This document shows, one piece after another, positions 1 to 9,027 of a stretch of DNA of 64,000 nucleotides (the stretch's first letter is position 1; every line of letters starts with the position of its first letter). Position numbers and translations under genes: made by a program. Where the stretch lies: the NCBI GenBank assembly GCA_021792255.1, contig JAJYUZ010000001.1, positions 434,135-498,134 of the forward strand, in the 5' to 3' direction. A model generated the notes under the pieces. The model ran no database searches and was not told the DNA's origin. It saw only the letters and a program-made list of their open reading frames with translations. This DNA comes from Thermoplasmata archaeon (GTDB lineage Archaea; Thermoplasmatota; Thermoplasmata; Thermoplasmatales; GCA-001856825).

Positions 1-206
1 AACTGTAAAATGAATCAGAGAATCTCAGCTCGATTTTCCCCTTTTCAGAAATTTCCCTGAGAAGATAATTTCCTAAATCGACCCTTCCTCTAGCTCCGTA
101 TATTGAATTAAATCCCACGGCTGGAAAAGTTGGACAAACCGACTCACAAAAACCGCAGTTTATGCACTTACCTGCTTCATCAGATATCAGCTGAAGTATC
201 GGATCC

Positions 207-1607
207 TCAAACGTCAAAGATCTTTCCCCTGTTCAGCAGATTTTTTGGATCTATGGTAGTCTTAATGGACTTCATTAGTTCCATCGTTCCTGGTGAATTT
301 TTGAGTCTAAATTCTTCCTTGAGCAAGTCCTTTTTTTCCATTCCGATACCGTGTTCCGCGGATACACTTCCCGCGTGCTTTAGTGAAATCATCCCCAACT
401 CCTTTTGGAAACGTTCTACGCTCTCCACCTTTTCCTTGCTTGAAAGATCCACAAAGATGTTTGCGTGTATATTTCCGTCCCCTATGTGACCGAAAATTGC
501 GGCTCTGATTGCAAACGATTCCATGGATTCCTTTACTTCTTTCAGGGTAGCGGGCAGTTCTGAAGTTGGTACCACTATGTCGCTCAAAACGACACGCTCT
601 GAAGTCGATTTCCGTTGCGAAAGTATCGAAGAGTATAGCCCTTTTCTTGCCTCGTACATTTTCTGCATTTCACTTTCGTCAGTGGTTACCTTGACCGAAA
701 TTGGATGAAATTCTGATAGCATCGTTGCAACCTCTTTGAGTTGTCTTTCGAGAGATTCTTTTGTAGATGCGATGTCTAATAGAAGCATATAGTTGGTTTT
801 CTCGGGGAATTCTATCTCCTTTGTTAGCCTTATAGATTCGAGCGATATTCTGTCCATGAATTCTGCCACTTGTGGATTTATTCCCTTTCCCTTGATTGAT
901 GCAACCGCCTTTCCTGCGCTTTCTATGTCTTCAAAATAGGAGAGGACTCTTCCTACCTTTTCTGGCTTAGGCCAAATCTTTAAAATGGCCTTGGTCATAA
1001 TTCCGAGAGTCCCCTCGCTTCCAATCAGTAGGGCCGTGAGATCGTACCCAGCGCTTCTCTTGAGAGTCATTCCGCCCATCTGCACGATCTCTCCATTGGG
1101 CAGTACGGCCTCTATCCCAAGCACCCAGTCCTTGGTGACCCCATACATTGCTCCCCTGAGTCCTCCAGCGTTTGTTGACAGAGACCCGCCAACAGTGCAT
1201 ACTCTAGAGCTCGCAGGGTCTGGTGGATAGAAATGGTCATATTTTGACAAAAACTCGTTCAAGTCGTCTAACCTGACTCCCGACTCCACGAGTGCGTATC
1301 TGTCCTCAACCTTGACTTCCAAAATCTTGTTGAACTTCGAAAGACTGATTATTACTCCGTTGCCATTGAGAACTGATGACCCTGTCAGGGAAGAGCCACC
1401 GCCCCTTGCCGTCATCTGCACATCGTTTTCATAGCAGTACTTCATTATTTGAGACAGTTCTTGGACGCTTTCTGGGATGACAACAGCTAGAGGGAAGTCA
1501 CCTTGGTGCTCTGATGCATCTCTCGTGTAAGGAATCATTTCCTCTTTGGAAAAAAGAACGTTATTTCCTGAAATTCTCCTCAATCCTGAAGAAATATCCA
1601 TTCTCAT
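207..1607 (-). CDS. FAD-linked oxidoreductase, D-lactate dehydrogenase/GlcD family
   Basis: Motifs RGGGSSLTG, PPDPAS..CTVGG...NAGG, GYDL..L.IGSEGTLG, GHIGDGNIH, AEHGIG and C-terminal DP.NLLN.GKIF. D-lactate specificity is inferred from the murQ context. Confidence 0.85.
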   Translation of the reverse strand: MRMDISSGLRRISGNNVLFSKEEMIPYTRDASEHQGDFPLAVVIPESVQELSQIMKYCYENDVQMTARGGGSSLTGSSVLNGNGVIISLSKFNKILEVKVEDRYALVESGVRLDDLNEFLSKYDHFYPPDPASSRVCTVGGSLSTNAGGLRGAMYGVTKDWVLGIEAVLPNGEIVQMGGMTLKRSAGYDLTALLIGSEGTLGIMTKAILKIWPKPEKVGRVLSYFEDIESAGKAVASIKGKGINPQVAEFMDRISLESIRLTKEIEFPEKTNYMLLLDIASTKESLERQLKEVATMLSEFHPISVKVTTDESEMQKMYEARKGLYSSILSQRKSTSERVVLSDIVVPTSELPATLKEVKESMESFAIRAAIFGHIGDGNIHANIFVDLSSKEKVESVERFQKELGMISLKHAGSVSAEHGIGMEKKDLLKEEFRLKNSPGTMELMKSIKTTIDPKNLLNRGKIFDV

Positions 1608-1825
1608 CTGGAATTAAGATTAATTCAATAAGTTTACGATTATGAGTACCTCTGCGTTATTTATTTGACCCCATTAGATGGAAGAGGACTGAAATGGTCC
1701 ACTCATCCTCGAATTTTAGAATTGTTCAGATCTGACGTCGACATGAATTTGTTCTATGGCTCCGGAGGAATCAGGTTGATCTGACCGGTGGGCTAAGTAT
1801 ATTATTCAGGTCATCATATTTGCTT

Positions 1826-2965
1826 ATGAAGAAGATACCGGCGTTGCTAGTGACAGTTATATTGATTGTGTTGACCCTTTCCATAACAAATTTTGTTGCC
1901 CCTACGTATTCTTCTTTAGGTCACAGCGACAATGGAAATTATCCGGCCGTCTCTCAGGCATCTTACTATAATGGCACAAAGGCGGTGGACTATGGGCTTA
2001 TGGTTCACACCGATTACATTCACAAAGCGTACTATCCAGCAGGAATTAATCAGTCGATTCTTCAGAAGAACTTGGATTACTTTAATTCAGAGGACTGTGC
2101 CCATTTTGTCTCGGAATCTCTAATCGCGGGAGGACTCACAGTGTTGGCAAGCAATCCACCGGGGGACAATTTGACCAGCTACGATCAAGGATACTTTGGG
2201 AACGGGAGCTATGGAATTGTAGGAGTATACAGACTCGCTGATTGGCTTGCGGGATACGACCTGCCAATCTTCCCTAACAATGCTACGGACGAGCAAACTA
2301 TCGGATATTATCCAATCCCAGCGTCCTACGCTGGCAGCCCACAAGCGACCATGTTCTATGTTTTCAACTATACGATGTTCCCATCATATTTCCTTTCACC
2401 GGGTGACGTGGTCATGGATGGAGGCGCGGGAGGCGGTCACGCAATGCTATACATCGGAAACGGACAGGTTGTCCAAACGGACCCCGCTGCGATATGGAAT
2501 TATTCCCCTGCCGTGGACAATAATATCACTTTTTATGGTATATTGAGCTACTTTGGAAAGAATGTTTCTTCGCTGTACGTTCATATTCCTACTTTTGGTG
2601 AAAAGAGCGTAAGAATATCGGTACTGAACGACAATACGAACATAACAGGAAACCTCTCTGCAGTCAAGGCTGGAGAAAAACTGACGTTTATTGGCTCTTT
2701 CCCGAACGGAGTTGGTGAAGGGAATTACACCTATCAATGGATCGTTAACGGAAAATCAATGTCCAATAGTCAGTTCTTTAACCTCACTCCATCATCGGGA
2801 ACGTACAACATTGAAGTCGTATCCACCGGTTCAACTGGATCTGTAAATACGTCTATGTCATTTACGATTGGTGGTAGTTCAACAACGACAACCATTCTGG
2901 TTGTTGGATTGGTAATTGTGGTAGCAGCTGTCTCTGCAATATTCCTCTTCAAAAGGAGAAAATGA
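1826..2965 (+). CDS. Secreted, C-terminally membrane-anchored putative cell-wall amidase/peptidase (Amidase_6, NlpC/P60-CHAP superfamily) with an Ig/PKD-like domain
   Basis: MKK plus hydrophobic signal peptide. YNGTKAVDYG...DCAHFVSESLIAGG (Cys) and PGDVV...GHAMLYIG (His) match the Amidase_6 pattern. NYTYQWIVNG is PKD-like. Ser/Thr linker, TM helix, KRRK tail and about 14 N-x-S/T sequons. ATG 1826 is preferred over TTG 1820. Confidence 0.65.
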   Translation: MKKIPALLVTVILIVLTLSITNFVAPTYSSLGHSDNGNYPAVSQASYYNGTKAVDYGLMVHTDYIHKAYYPAGINQSILQKNLDYFNSEDCAHFVSESLIAGGLTVLASNPPGDNLTSYDQGYFGNGSYGIVGVYRLADWLAGYDLPIFPNNATDEQTIGYYPIPASYAGSPQATMFYVFNYTMFPSYFLSPGDVVMDGGAGGGHAMLYIGNGQVVQTDPAAIWNYSPAVDNNITFYGILSYFGKNVSSLYVHIPTFGEKSVRISVLNDNTNITGNLSAVKAGEKLTFIGSFPNGVGEGNYTYQWIVNGKSMSNSQFFNLTPSSGTYNIEVVSTGSTGSVNTSMSFTIGGSSTTTTILVVGLVIVVAAVSAIFLFKRRK

Positions 2966-3048
2966 GTTGGCGATTGGTGAAAGAGAACTTCGCGCGCATA
3001 ATACCTCTCGAATGAGGAAGGACAAGCTTACTCTAGATACGGTGAAGT

Positions 3049-4185
3049 ATGAAGACTAGCGAAACGTATGCATTCTCTACGATATATACCGGACAAGGGA
3101 TAGTCCACAGGGGATTCCTGAAGATAATCGACGGATCGATTGAGGAATTAGGTGAGGCTCCTCAGAATTCCATTGACCTCACGGATAGGATTGCAGTCCC
3201 CGGATTCATAGATATACACACTCATGGAATTAATGGAATCGACTCCTTCAACCTGACGAAGACAGAGCTCCTAGAGTGGAGCCAATTGTTACTAGAAAGG
3301 GGGACACTGGGATTTGTGCCGACTATCGTTTCTGCTCCTATTGAGAAGATAAAGGGTTTCTTGGGAGTCTTAAAGAGTTCTGAAGGATCTGAAAACGGAG
3401 CCGAAATAATTGGAGGAAGAATGGAAGGGCCCTTCATAAGTCATGTCAGGAAGGGAGCACACGATCCGTCTTTACTCAGAGTTCCTGCGAATACCAATTT
3501 TCAAGCAATCTTGTCGCAATTCAAAGGAATTCTTAAGATTGTAGACATTGCACCCGAACTGGACGGAGCTGGAGAGCTAATTTCAGAACTGGTCAGAGAA
3601 GACGTGGTGGTATCAATCGGTCACACGGATTGCGATTCCGTCACCGCGAAACGCGCATTTGCCTTGGGAGCGACGCTGGTGACGCACCTGTACAATGCGA
3701 TGCGACCATTTCATCATCGATTCCCCGGGGCAATTGACTTCGCATTGTTAGAGAAGAATGTTATGGCAGAGATTATCTGTGATCTCGTTCACGTATCTCC
3801 TGAAGCAATCAAACTCGCCATCAGTAATAAAGGAGCAAAAAGAATTGTGCTTATTACTGACTCGACGCCAGCAACTGGCAGGCCCGATGGAAAATACAAA
3901 CTAGGTCGACTTGATGTTCTAAAACAGGGAGATAAGTGCACGATAAGTGGGACAGAGACGCTGGCAGGAAGTGTACTCACCATGGATAGAGCAGTCAAGA
4001 ATCTAGTAGACTTAAAATATGATCTGGATGAGGTGGTCAAGATGTCTTCAAAAAATCCTGCTACCTTACTCGGAAGGAAAGACTTGGGCAGTATAAAGAA
4101 AGGGAAAAAGGCCAATATTACAATTCTGGACAAATCCCTAAGAGTAAGAGGTGTCGTTTCCAGGGGTGCGCTGATAGAGTTCTAG
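3049..4185 (+). CDS. nagA: N-acetylglucosamine-6-phosphate deacetylase
   Basis: PGFIDIHTHG, EGPF, KGAHD, APE, GHTD, THLYNAM, LITD and LAGS motifs. Confidence 0.93.
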   Translation: MKTSETYAFSTIYTGQGIVHRGFLKIIDGSIEELGEAPQNSIDLTDRIAVPGFIDIHTHGINGIDSFNLTKTELLEWSQLLLERGTLGFVPTIVSAPIEKIKGFLGVLKSSEGSENGAEIIGGRMEGPFISHVRKGAHDPSLLRVPANTNFQAILSQFKGILKIVDIAPELDGAGELISELVREDVVVSIGHTDCDSVTAKRAFALGATLVTHLYNAMRPFHHRFPGAIDFALLEKNVMAEIICDLVHVSPEAIKLAISNKGAKRIVLITDSTPATGRPDGKYKLGRLDVLKQGDKCTISGTETLAGSVLTMDRAVKNLVDLKYDLDEVVKMSSKNPATLLGRKDLGSIKKGKKANITILDKSLRVRGVVSRGALIEF

Positions 4186-4219
4186 TAATGTCTAATATTA
4201 TGTTGGCTATGCGATAATC

Positions 4220-5062
4220 ATGCCTGAAAGGGAAAGATTGCCAGACACCGAAAAGTCAAATCCTAGAACAACGAACATCCCTGAACTTTCAACCTATGAA
4301 ATCGTCAATCTGATTCATTCGGAGGACATCAGTGCATTTAGAGCCATTGACGGCACAACAAGACCCATTTCTAAAGTCATAGATTCTTGTTTCAAAAAAC
4401 TAATGATGGGTGGAAGGGTTGTGTATGTTGGATCTGGCACCAGTGGCAGAATCGGAGCACAAGACGCGATTGAAATGTGGCCAACGTATGGACTGGGTAA
4501 GGAGACATTTGATTATGTGATAGCAGGAGGTGAACGAGCCCTGACCAGGTCAATCGAAGGTGCAGAAGACTCAAGAGAAAGTGCGGTAGAAATGATCGAG
4601 AAGAAAAACATTACTGCTAACGACTGTGTAATAGGTATTACCGCATCTGGCCGAACGCCATTCGTGTTCGGAGCTTTGGAGAGCGCATCTAAAAAGGGAG
4701 CCTATACCGCTGCGATAGTGAATTCGAGAAATTCTCCATTGAAGGAAGTATCGAGAAATGTCATATTCCTGAACACGGGAGAAGAAGTCATCCAGGGATC
4801 AACGAGAATGAAAGCTGCGACCGCTCAAAAGATGGTTCTGAACATAATCAGCACATCTCTTGCAATCAAACTGGGACGAACTTACGGAAATCAAATGATT
4901 CATATGAAGGCGTCTTACAATGCAAAGCTAAGAAACAGGGCAGTCAGAATTCTAGCACAAAGGTTCGATATTTCTGTGATCGAAGCAGAGAAGAGACTCA
5001 AATCGCACAAGTACAACTTGAGCGAAACAGTAAAAGAGCTGGAACAGGTCAAGAGAGATTGA
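4220..5062 (+). CDS. murQ: N-acetylmuramic acid 6-phosphate etherase
   Basis: TE..NPRT, GSGTSGRIG, DAIEMWPTYG (cf. DASECPPTFG), EGAED, GITASGRTPFV and GSTRMKA.TAQKMVLN. Both catalytic Glu positions appear retained. Confidence 0.93.
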   Translation: MPERERLPDTEKSNPRTTNIPELSTYEIVNLIHSEDISAFRAIDGTTRPISKVIDSCFKKLMMGGRVVYVGSGTSGRIGAQDAIEMWPTYGLGKETFDYVIAGGERALTRSIEGAEDSRESAVEMIEKKNITANDCVIGITASGRTPFVFGALESASKKGAYTAAIVNSRNSPLKEVSRNVIFLNTGEEVIQGSTRMKAATAQKMVLNIISTSLAIKLGRTYGNQMIHMKASYNAKLRNRAVRILAQRFDISVIEAEKRLKSHKYNLSETVKELEQVKRD

Positions 5063-6131
5063 GGAATACCGTGTTGTGAAAGAGCCTCCTCAATCTTAAA
5101 TTCTTAATATTCTCCCTCGTAGGATATACCCTGTTCGTCAGGAGAATACACGCCAACTTCATGTCAGAATTAATGCATATAGAGGTCCCCGTAAAACCAG
5201 TATGGCCGAAAGTACCGTATGGAGAAAATTCTCCCATGAAACCGTTGAAATCAAATGACTCGCTCTTTACTTCCGGCACTGGCACCTTCGTCATCCAACC
5301 CAGTCCAAACATTCCACCAAGATGTGCATTCTTATTCCTCGTTGCCAGTTCCCAAACACTCCTCTGTAGAAGCTCTCCATTCGCGAGAGAATGAATTATC
5401 CTGTTTATCTCTGAAGCGGTCGAAAATAGGCCCGCGTGTCCAGCGACCCCTCCGAGATAGTAAGACTTTTCATCGTGCACTTTCCCCCACACCAAACCTC
5501 TTTCTTCTGTAACTTCGGTAGGAGCTATTCTTTCCTTGCTCTGATGGGGGTTAAATCCCGAGTTCTTGAGTCCGAGTTTTTCCGCTACTTCGTGTTTCCA
5601 AATCGTGTCAAGGGGCTTGTTGTGCAGTTCTTCCAGTACGAACCCGAGAAGTATGTAATTCAGGTCGCTGTAAAGCTCCTTCTTGTTCACAGTCGCCTTT
5701 TCTGCTTCTACTTCGATTCCAGAAAGATATGCCCTTCTGTCTCTTCCCGCGGTGTAGAGAGGTTTGTCTGGTATGAGCCCTGAAGTATGAGTCATCAGAT
5801 TTTCTATGGTAAATTTCCCCAGATTCGGGAATTCTCCAAACAACCCGATATCAGCTATCGAATCCTTTAAGGATATCTTCCCTTTTGCGAGAAGCCTGCA
5901 CATCAGCAGGGACGTCACCAGGGGTTTCGTTAGCGATGCTAGATCGAATATCGTGTCTTTGTTGTAGCTGAACCCCAGTTCGTCGATTTGTCCAAATGCG
6001 TTTTGATAAAGGACCTTTCCATCGAGAGAAACGAGGGCGCTCAAACCCCTTGTGGAGGAAGGTACATTGTCGTGCAGCACCGAGTCGATTTCAGTGGAAA
6101 GCTTCTCTTCATCAATGGTACTCATATTCAA
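5049..6131 (-). CDS. Serine hydrolase of the beta-lactamase fold, AmiE(YbbE)/YfeW-like; probable muropeptide N-acetylmuramoyl-L-alanine amidase
   Basis: FDLASLTK (SxxK), YSDLNY, VHDE...LGGVAGHAGLFST and FGHTGFTGTS, typical of AmiE/YfeW-like proteins found next to murQ. No signal peptide. Confidence 0.75.
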   Translation of the reverse strand: MNMSTIDEEKLSTEIDSVLHDNVPSSTRGLSALVSLDGKVLYQNAFGQIDELGFSYNKDTIFDLASLTKPLVTSLLMCRLLAKGKISLKDSIADIGLFGEFPNLGKFTIENLMTHTSGLIPDKPLYTAGRDRRAYLSGIEVEAEKATVNKKELYSDLNYILLGFVLEELHNKPLDTIWKHEVAEKLGLKNSGFNPHQSKERIAPTEVTEERGLVWGKVHDEKSYYLGGVAGHAGLFSTASEINRIIHSLANGELLQRSVWELATRNKNAHLGGMFGLGWMTKVPVPEVKSESFDFNGFMGEFSPYGTFGHTGFTGTSICINSDMKLACILLTNRVYPTRENIKNLRLRRLFHNTVFLNLS

Positions 6132-6178
6132 CTATCTTCTATTGGTATTATAATCATTCTGATTTCAGCTCCTTCGAA

Positions 6179-7078
6179 TCACCTTGGTTTTAATAGATCC
6201 TTTTTCATTATTGTGAATCTTCTGGTCACCTTGAAACCAAATCTTGAATAGAGGTGAGTGGCCCGTTCGCTTGTCCACAAAAAGTAAGCGTGCTTCAGAC
6301 CCAGCCCCTTCATGTTGTTCAACAATTGGGCTAGGATCAGTGCCCCTATCCCCTTTGATCTCTCTTTGTCCTCGACGCCGAATGGACCAAACCTTTCCCC
6401 CGGGGAGTACCACATGTCGCCCCTTCCAGCAGAAAACATTCCATAGCCAACTATTCTCCTTCCGATTCTTGCAATCACAACTTGATCCTTGATTCCCATT
6501 TCAGCGACTCCCTTTGCACGATAGTAACAGTCGGAATTGAAGTTCTTTTCCACGAACGAAAGGAACTTGGCCTCTTCACCTTGTCTGAGGGAGGAAACTT
6601 CAAACTCACTCGGCTCTATTTCTAAGTGCTGCATCTTTCCAATTTCTGCTTCCATGGAAATAGCCTCTTCGTGTGGGACGAAACCCAGCCTACCCAGTTC
6701 CCTTGCCAGCGAACGATACCTAACGGCGTCCACTCCTGGCATCAAGTAATTTGGTACCACATTAGAGTAGTATACCGTTTTCACTTTTCTATTGAGGAAT
6801 TCTTCAAATTGCAAGTCCATTAATTTTCCAAAATTCTTCCTATCCTTGAATCCGCTCCCGAAGAACCACCCCTTGTCGCTCTCGGAGGATTCGTAGTAGA
6901 ATTTCTTCTTCCTAGTTACAGCGAGCGAGAATGCATCTTCCAGTGTAATCGGTAAAATGGGGTTCAAGTATTCGTCCTGAAGAAAGCTTCTTCGGATTTC
7001 CCGAGTCGTCACCGGATCGAGGCTATAAAATGAATTCCACTTTTTTTGAATTTCTTCTGCAGAATCATTCTTACTCAT
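6179..7078 (-). CDS. GNAT N-acetyltransferase (tandem-GNAT-like, possibly GlmA-like glucosaminide N-acetyltransferase)
   Basis: C-terminal GNAT with FGPFGV...RSKGIG acetyl-CoA motif and LYSRFGF. Internal PNYLMPGVD. Translationally coupled to the ABC ATPase gene (7071-7078 overlap). Confidence 0.7.
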   Translation of the reverse strand: MSKNDSAEEIQKKWNSFYSLDPVTTREIRRSFLQDEYLNPILPITLEDAFSLAVTRKKKFYYESSESDKGWFFGSGFKDRKNFGKLMDLQFEEFLNRKVKTVYYSNVVPNYLMPGVDAVRYRSLARELGRLGFVPHEEAISMEAEIGKMQHLEIEPSEFEVSSLRQGEEAKFLSFVEKNFNSDCYYRAKGVAEMGIKDQVVIARIGRRIVGYGMFSAGRGDMWYSPGERFGPFGVEDKERSKGIGALILAQLLNNMKGLGLKHAYFLWTSERATHLYSRFGFKVTRRFTIMKKDLLKPR

Positions 7079-8051
7079 AGAGATAGCACGCCACTAGGTG
7101 GTCTTTTTCAACTTCTCTGAACTTAGGCCTCTCCTTCCTGCAGTTGTCCATTACGAATGGACACTTGTTCGCGTAACTGCATTCATTTTTCCCCTCGTTG
7201 ACGTATTCAGATATCTGTCCCTTTGACTCGTCCAAATTCCACTTCTTCTTGGGATCGGGGACAGGTATTGAATCTATCAGGGACTTAGTGTATGGATGCA
7301 TGGGGTTGTTTATGATCCTGTCAGATTTGGCGACTTCCACCAGCTGACCGAGATGCATGACCGCAATTCTATCCGAGACATATTGAGTGACTGCAATGTC
7401 GTGTGAGATGAACATCATTGATTTGCCAAACTTGCGTTTCAGATCCAGAAGAATATTTAGGATGTCGGCTCTCAGTGAAACATCAAGCATAGAAACTGGC
7501 TCATCGGCGATGATGAAGTCCGGATTGTTGATTACCGCCCTGGCTATACCTATTCTTTGCCTTTGACCGCCACTCAGTTGGTTCGGGAATTTATTCAGGA
7601 ACTGTTCCGCTGGTGTCAGGCCAACCATTTCTATGGTCTCGATCGCCTTATTCAGAACTTCTTCCTCTTTCAGTTCCTTGTGAAACACTCTGAGAGGCGT
7701 AACTATTGATTTATAGACTGAGATCACCGGGTTTAGAGAACTGTATGGGTCCTGGAAAATCATCTGTGTCTTTTCCCTGAAACCGAACAGCTGGCGCCCT
7801 GTGTATTTCATTATATTGTTACCATTGAAAATTATTTGTCCGGAATCGACGTCCATTAACTTCAACAGCGCAAGTCCTAGAGTCGTCTTTCCACTGCCGC
7901 TCTCCCCTATGAGTCCGAAAATTTCGTGCTCTTTGATCTGCAGTTTGACCTGGTCCAGGGCTCGTGTTGTCCTGCTCTCTCTCCTTATGATCCCTCTCTT
8001 GTTGATGAAATCCTTCGTGAGTTCATTAGTTTCGATCGTACTACTTTCCAT
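7071..8051 (-). CDS. Oligopeptide/dipeptide-family ABC transporter ATPase (OppF/DppF)
   Basis: GESGSGKT, QDPYSSLNP, LSGGQRQR, ADEP, HPYT and C-terminal Cys motif. Start moved to ATG 8051, after GGTGA and the upstream stop. Confidence 0.92.
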   Translation of the reverse strand: MESSTIETNELTKDFINKRGIIRRESRTTRALDQVKLQIKEHEIFGLIGESGSGKTTLGLALLKLMDVDSGQIIFNGNNIMKYTGRQLFGFREKTQMIFQDPYSSLNPVISVYKSIVTPLRVFHKELKEEEVLNKAIETIEMVGLTPAEQFLNKFPNQLSGGQRQRIGIARAVINNPDFIIADEPVSMLDVSLRADILNILLDLKRKFGKSMMFISHDIAVTQYVSDRIAVMHLGQLVEVAKSDRIINNPMHPYTKSLIDSIPVPDPKKKWNLDESKGQISEYVNEGKNECSYANKCPFVMDNCRKERPKFREVEKDHLVACYLYE

Positions 8052-8055
8052 CAGA

Positions 8056-9027
8056 TCACCTTCCATAGAGATGACACGCGGCATAGTGTCCCTGTGAAAC
8101 CATTTTCAATTCTGGCACCTCGTTCTTACACCTGTCGAATACGCTGTCGCACCTGTCCTTGAATGGGCATCCTTTAATTTCCTCTGAAAGATCTGGTGGA
8201 GTTCCTCTGATTCCCTTGACGGACTTCTCTTGTTCGAGAGATGGAATCGAGGCCAGTAGGGCCTTTGTATATGGATGCTGAGGACTGTCGAAGATTTCGT
8301 TAGATGGTCCACTTTCTGCAATCTTACCCGCGTACATCACATTGACTTTGTCTGCTATGTTAGCCACCAGAGAAATATCGTGCGTAATGAAGATCAGTGA
8401 AATTGAAAGGTCATCCTTTAACTTGAGTAGCCTCGTCAGTATCTGTCTCTGAACCACTACGTCAAGGGCAGTCGTGGCCTCATCTGCTATTAGAATCTTA
8501 GGATCACAAGACAATGCCAGTGCTATGTTGACTCTTTGTTTCATCCCACCGCTCAACTCGTGAGGGAAAGATTTTCTAACGTTCTTGGTGAGCCCCGCAA
8601 GTTGAAGCATATAGTCGATCCTCTCGTCCACCTCATCTTCCTTGTACCCGTGTTCAACCATAACGTCCCCCATCTGATCCTCAATTCTCATTACTGGATT
8701 TAGTGAGTTCATAGCACTCTGGAATATCATAGAGACTTCTTTCCATCTGTACTTTCTGAGCGCGGATGGTTTCATCTTTAAAACATCAGACTTCCCCTCA
8801 CTCCCGTAGTACACAACTTTTCCACCCTTGATTTTCCCCGGATATTCGAGGAGTTTAAGGAAGGTCATTGCCAGTGTGGATTTACCAGATCCGCTTTCAC
8901 CCACTATCCCAATCACTTCTCCCTTGTTGACATCAAGACTGACGTGTGAAACGGCTTTTATTGTCCTATCAGGAAGTACGTAGTCTACGGAGAGATCGAC
9001 CACTTCCATAATCGTTGAAGTCGTCAT
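8056..9027 (-). CDS. Oligopeptide/dipeptide-family ABC transporter ATPase (OppD/DppD)
   Basis: GESGSGKS, LSGGMKQR, ADEATTALD, HPYT and GCPF..RC. Confidence 0.93.
   Translation of the reverse strand: MTTSTIMEVVDLSVDYVLPDRTIKAVSHVSLDVNKGEVIGIVGESGSGKSTLAMTFLKLLEYPGKIKGGKVVYYGSEGKSDVLKMKPSALRKYRWKEVSMIFQSAMNSLNPVMRIEDQMGDVMVEHGYKEDEVDERIDYMLQLAGLTKNVRKSFPHELSGGMKQRVNIALALSCDPKILIADEATTALDVVVQRQILTRLLKLKDDLSISLIFITHDISLVANIADKVNVMYAGKIAESGPSNEIFDSPQHPYTKALLASIPSLEQEKSVKGIRGTPPDLSEEIKGCPFKDRCDSVFDRCKNEVPELKMVSQGHYAACHLYGR

Noticed and set aside
5049-6131. Class C beta-lactamase (resistance gene)
   Set aside because: No signal peptide, YSD and HTG instead of YxN and KTG, an AmiE/YfeW-type GVAGHAGLFS motif and murQ adjacency. 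Archaea also lack the beta-lactam target.
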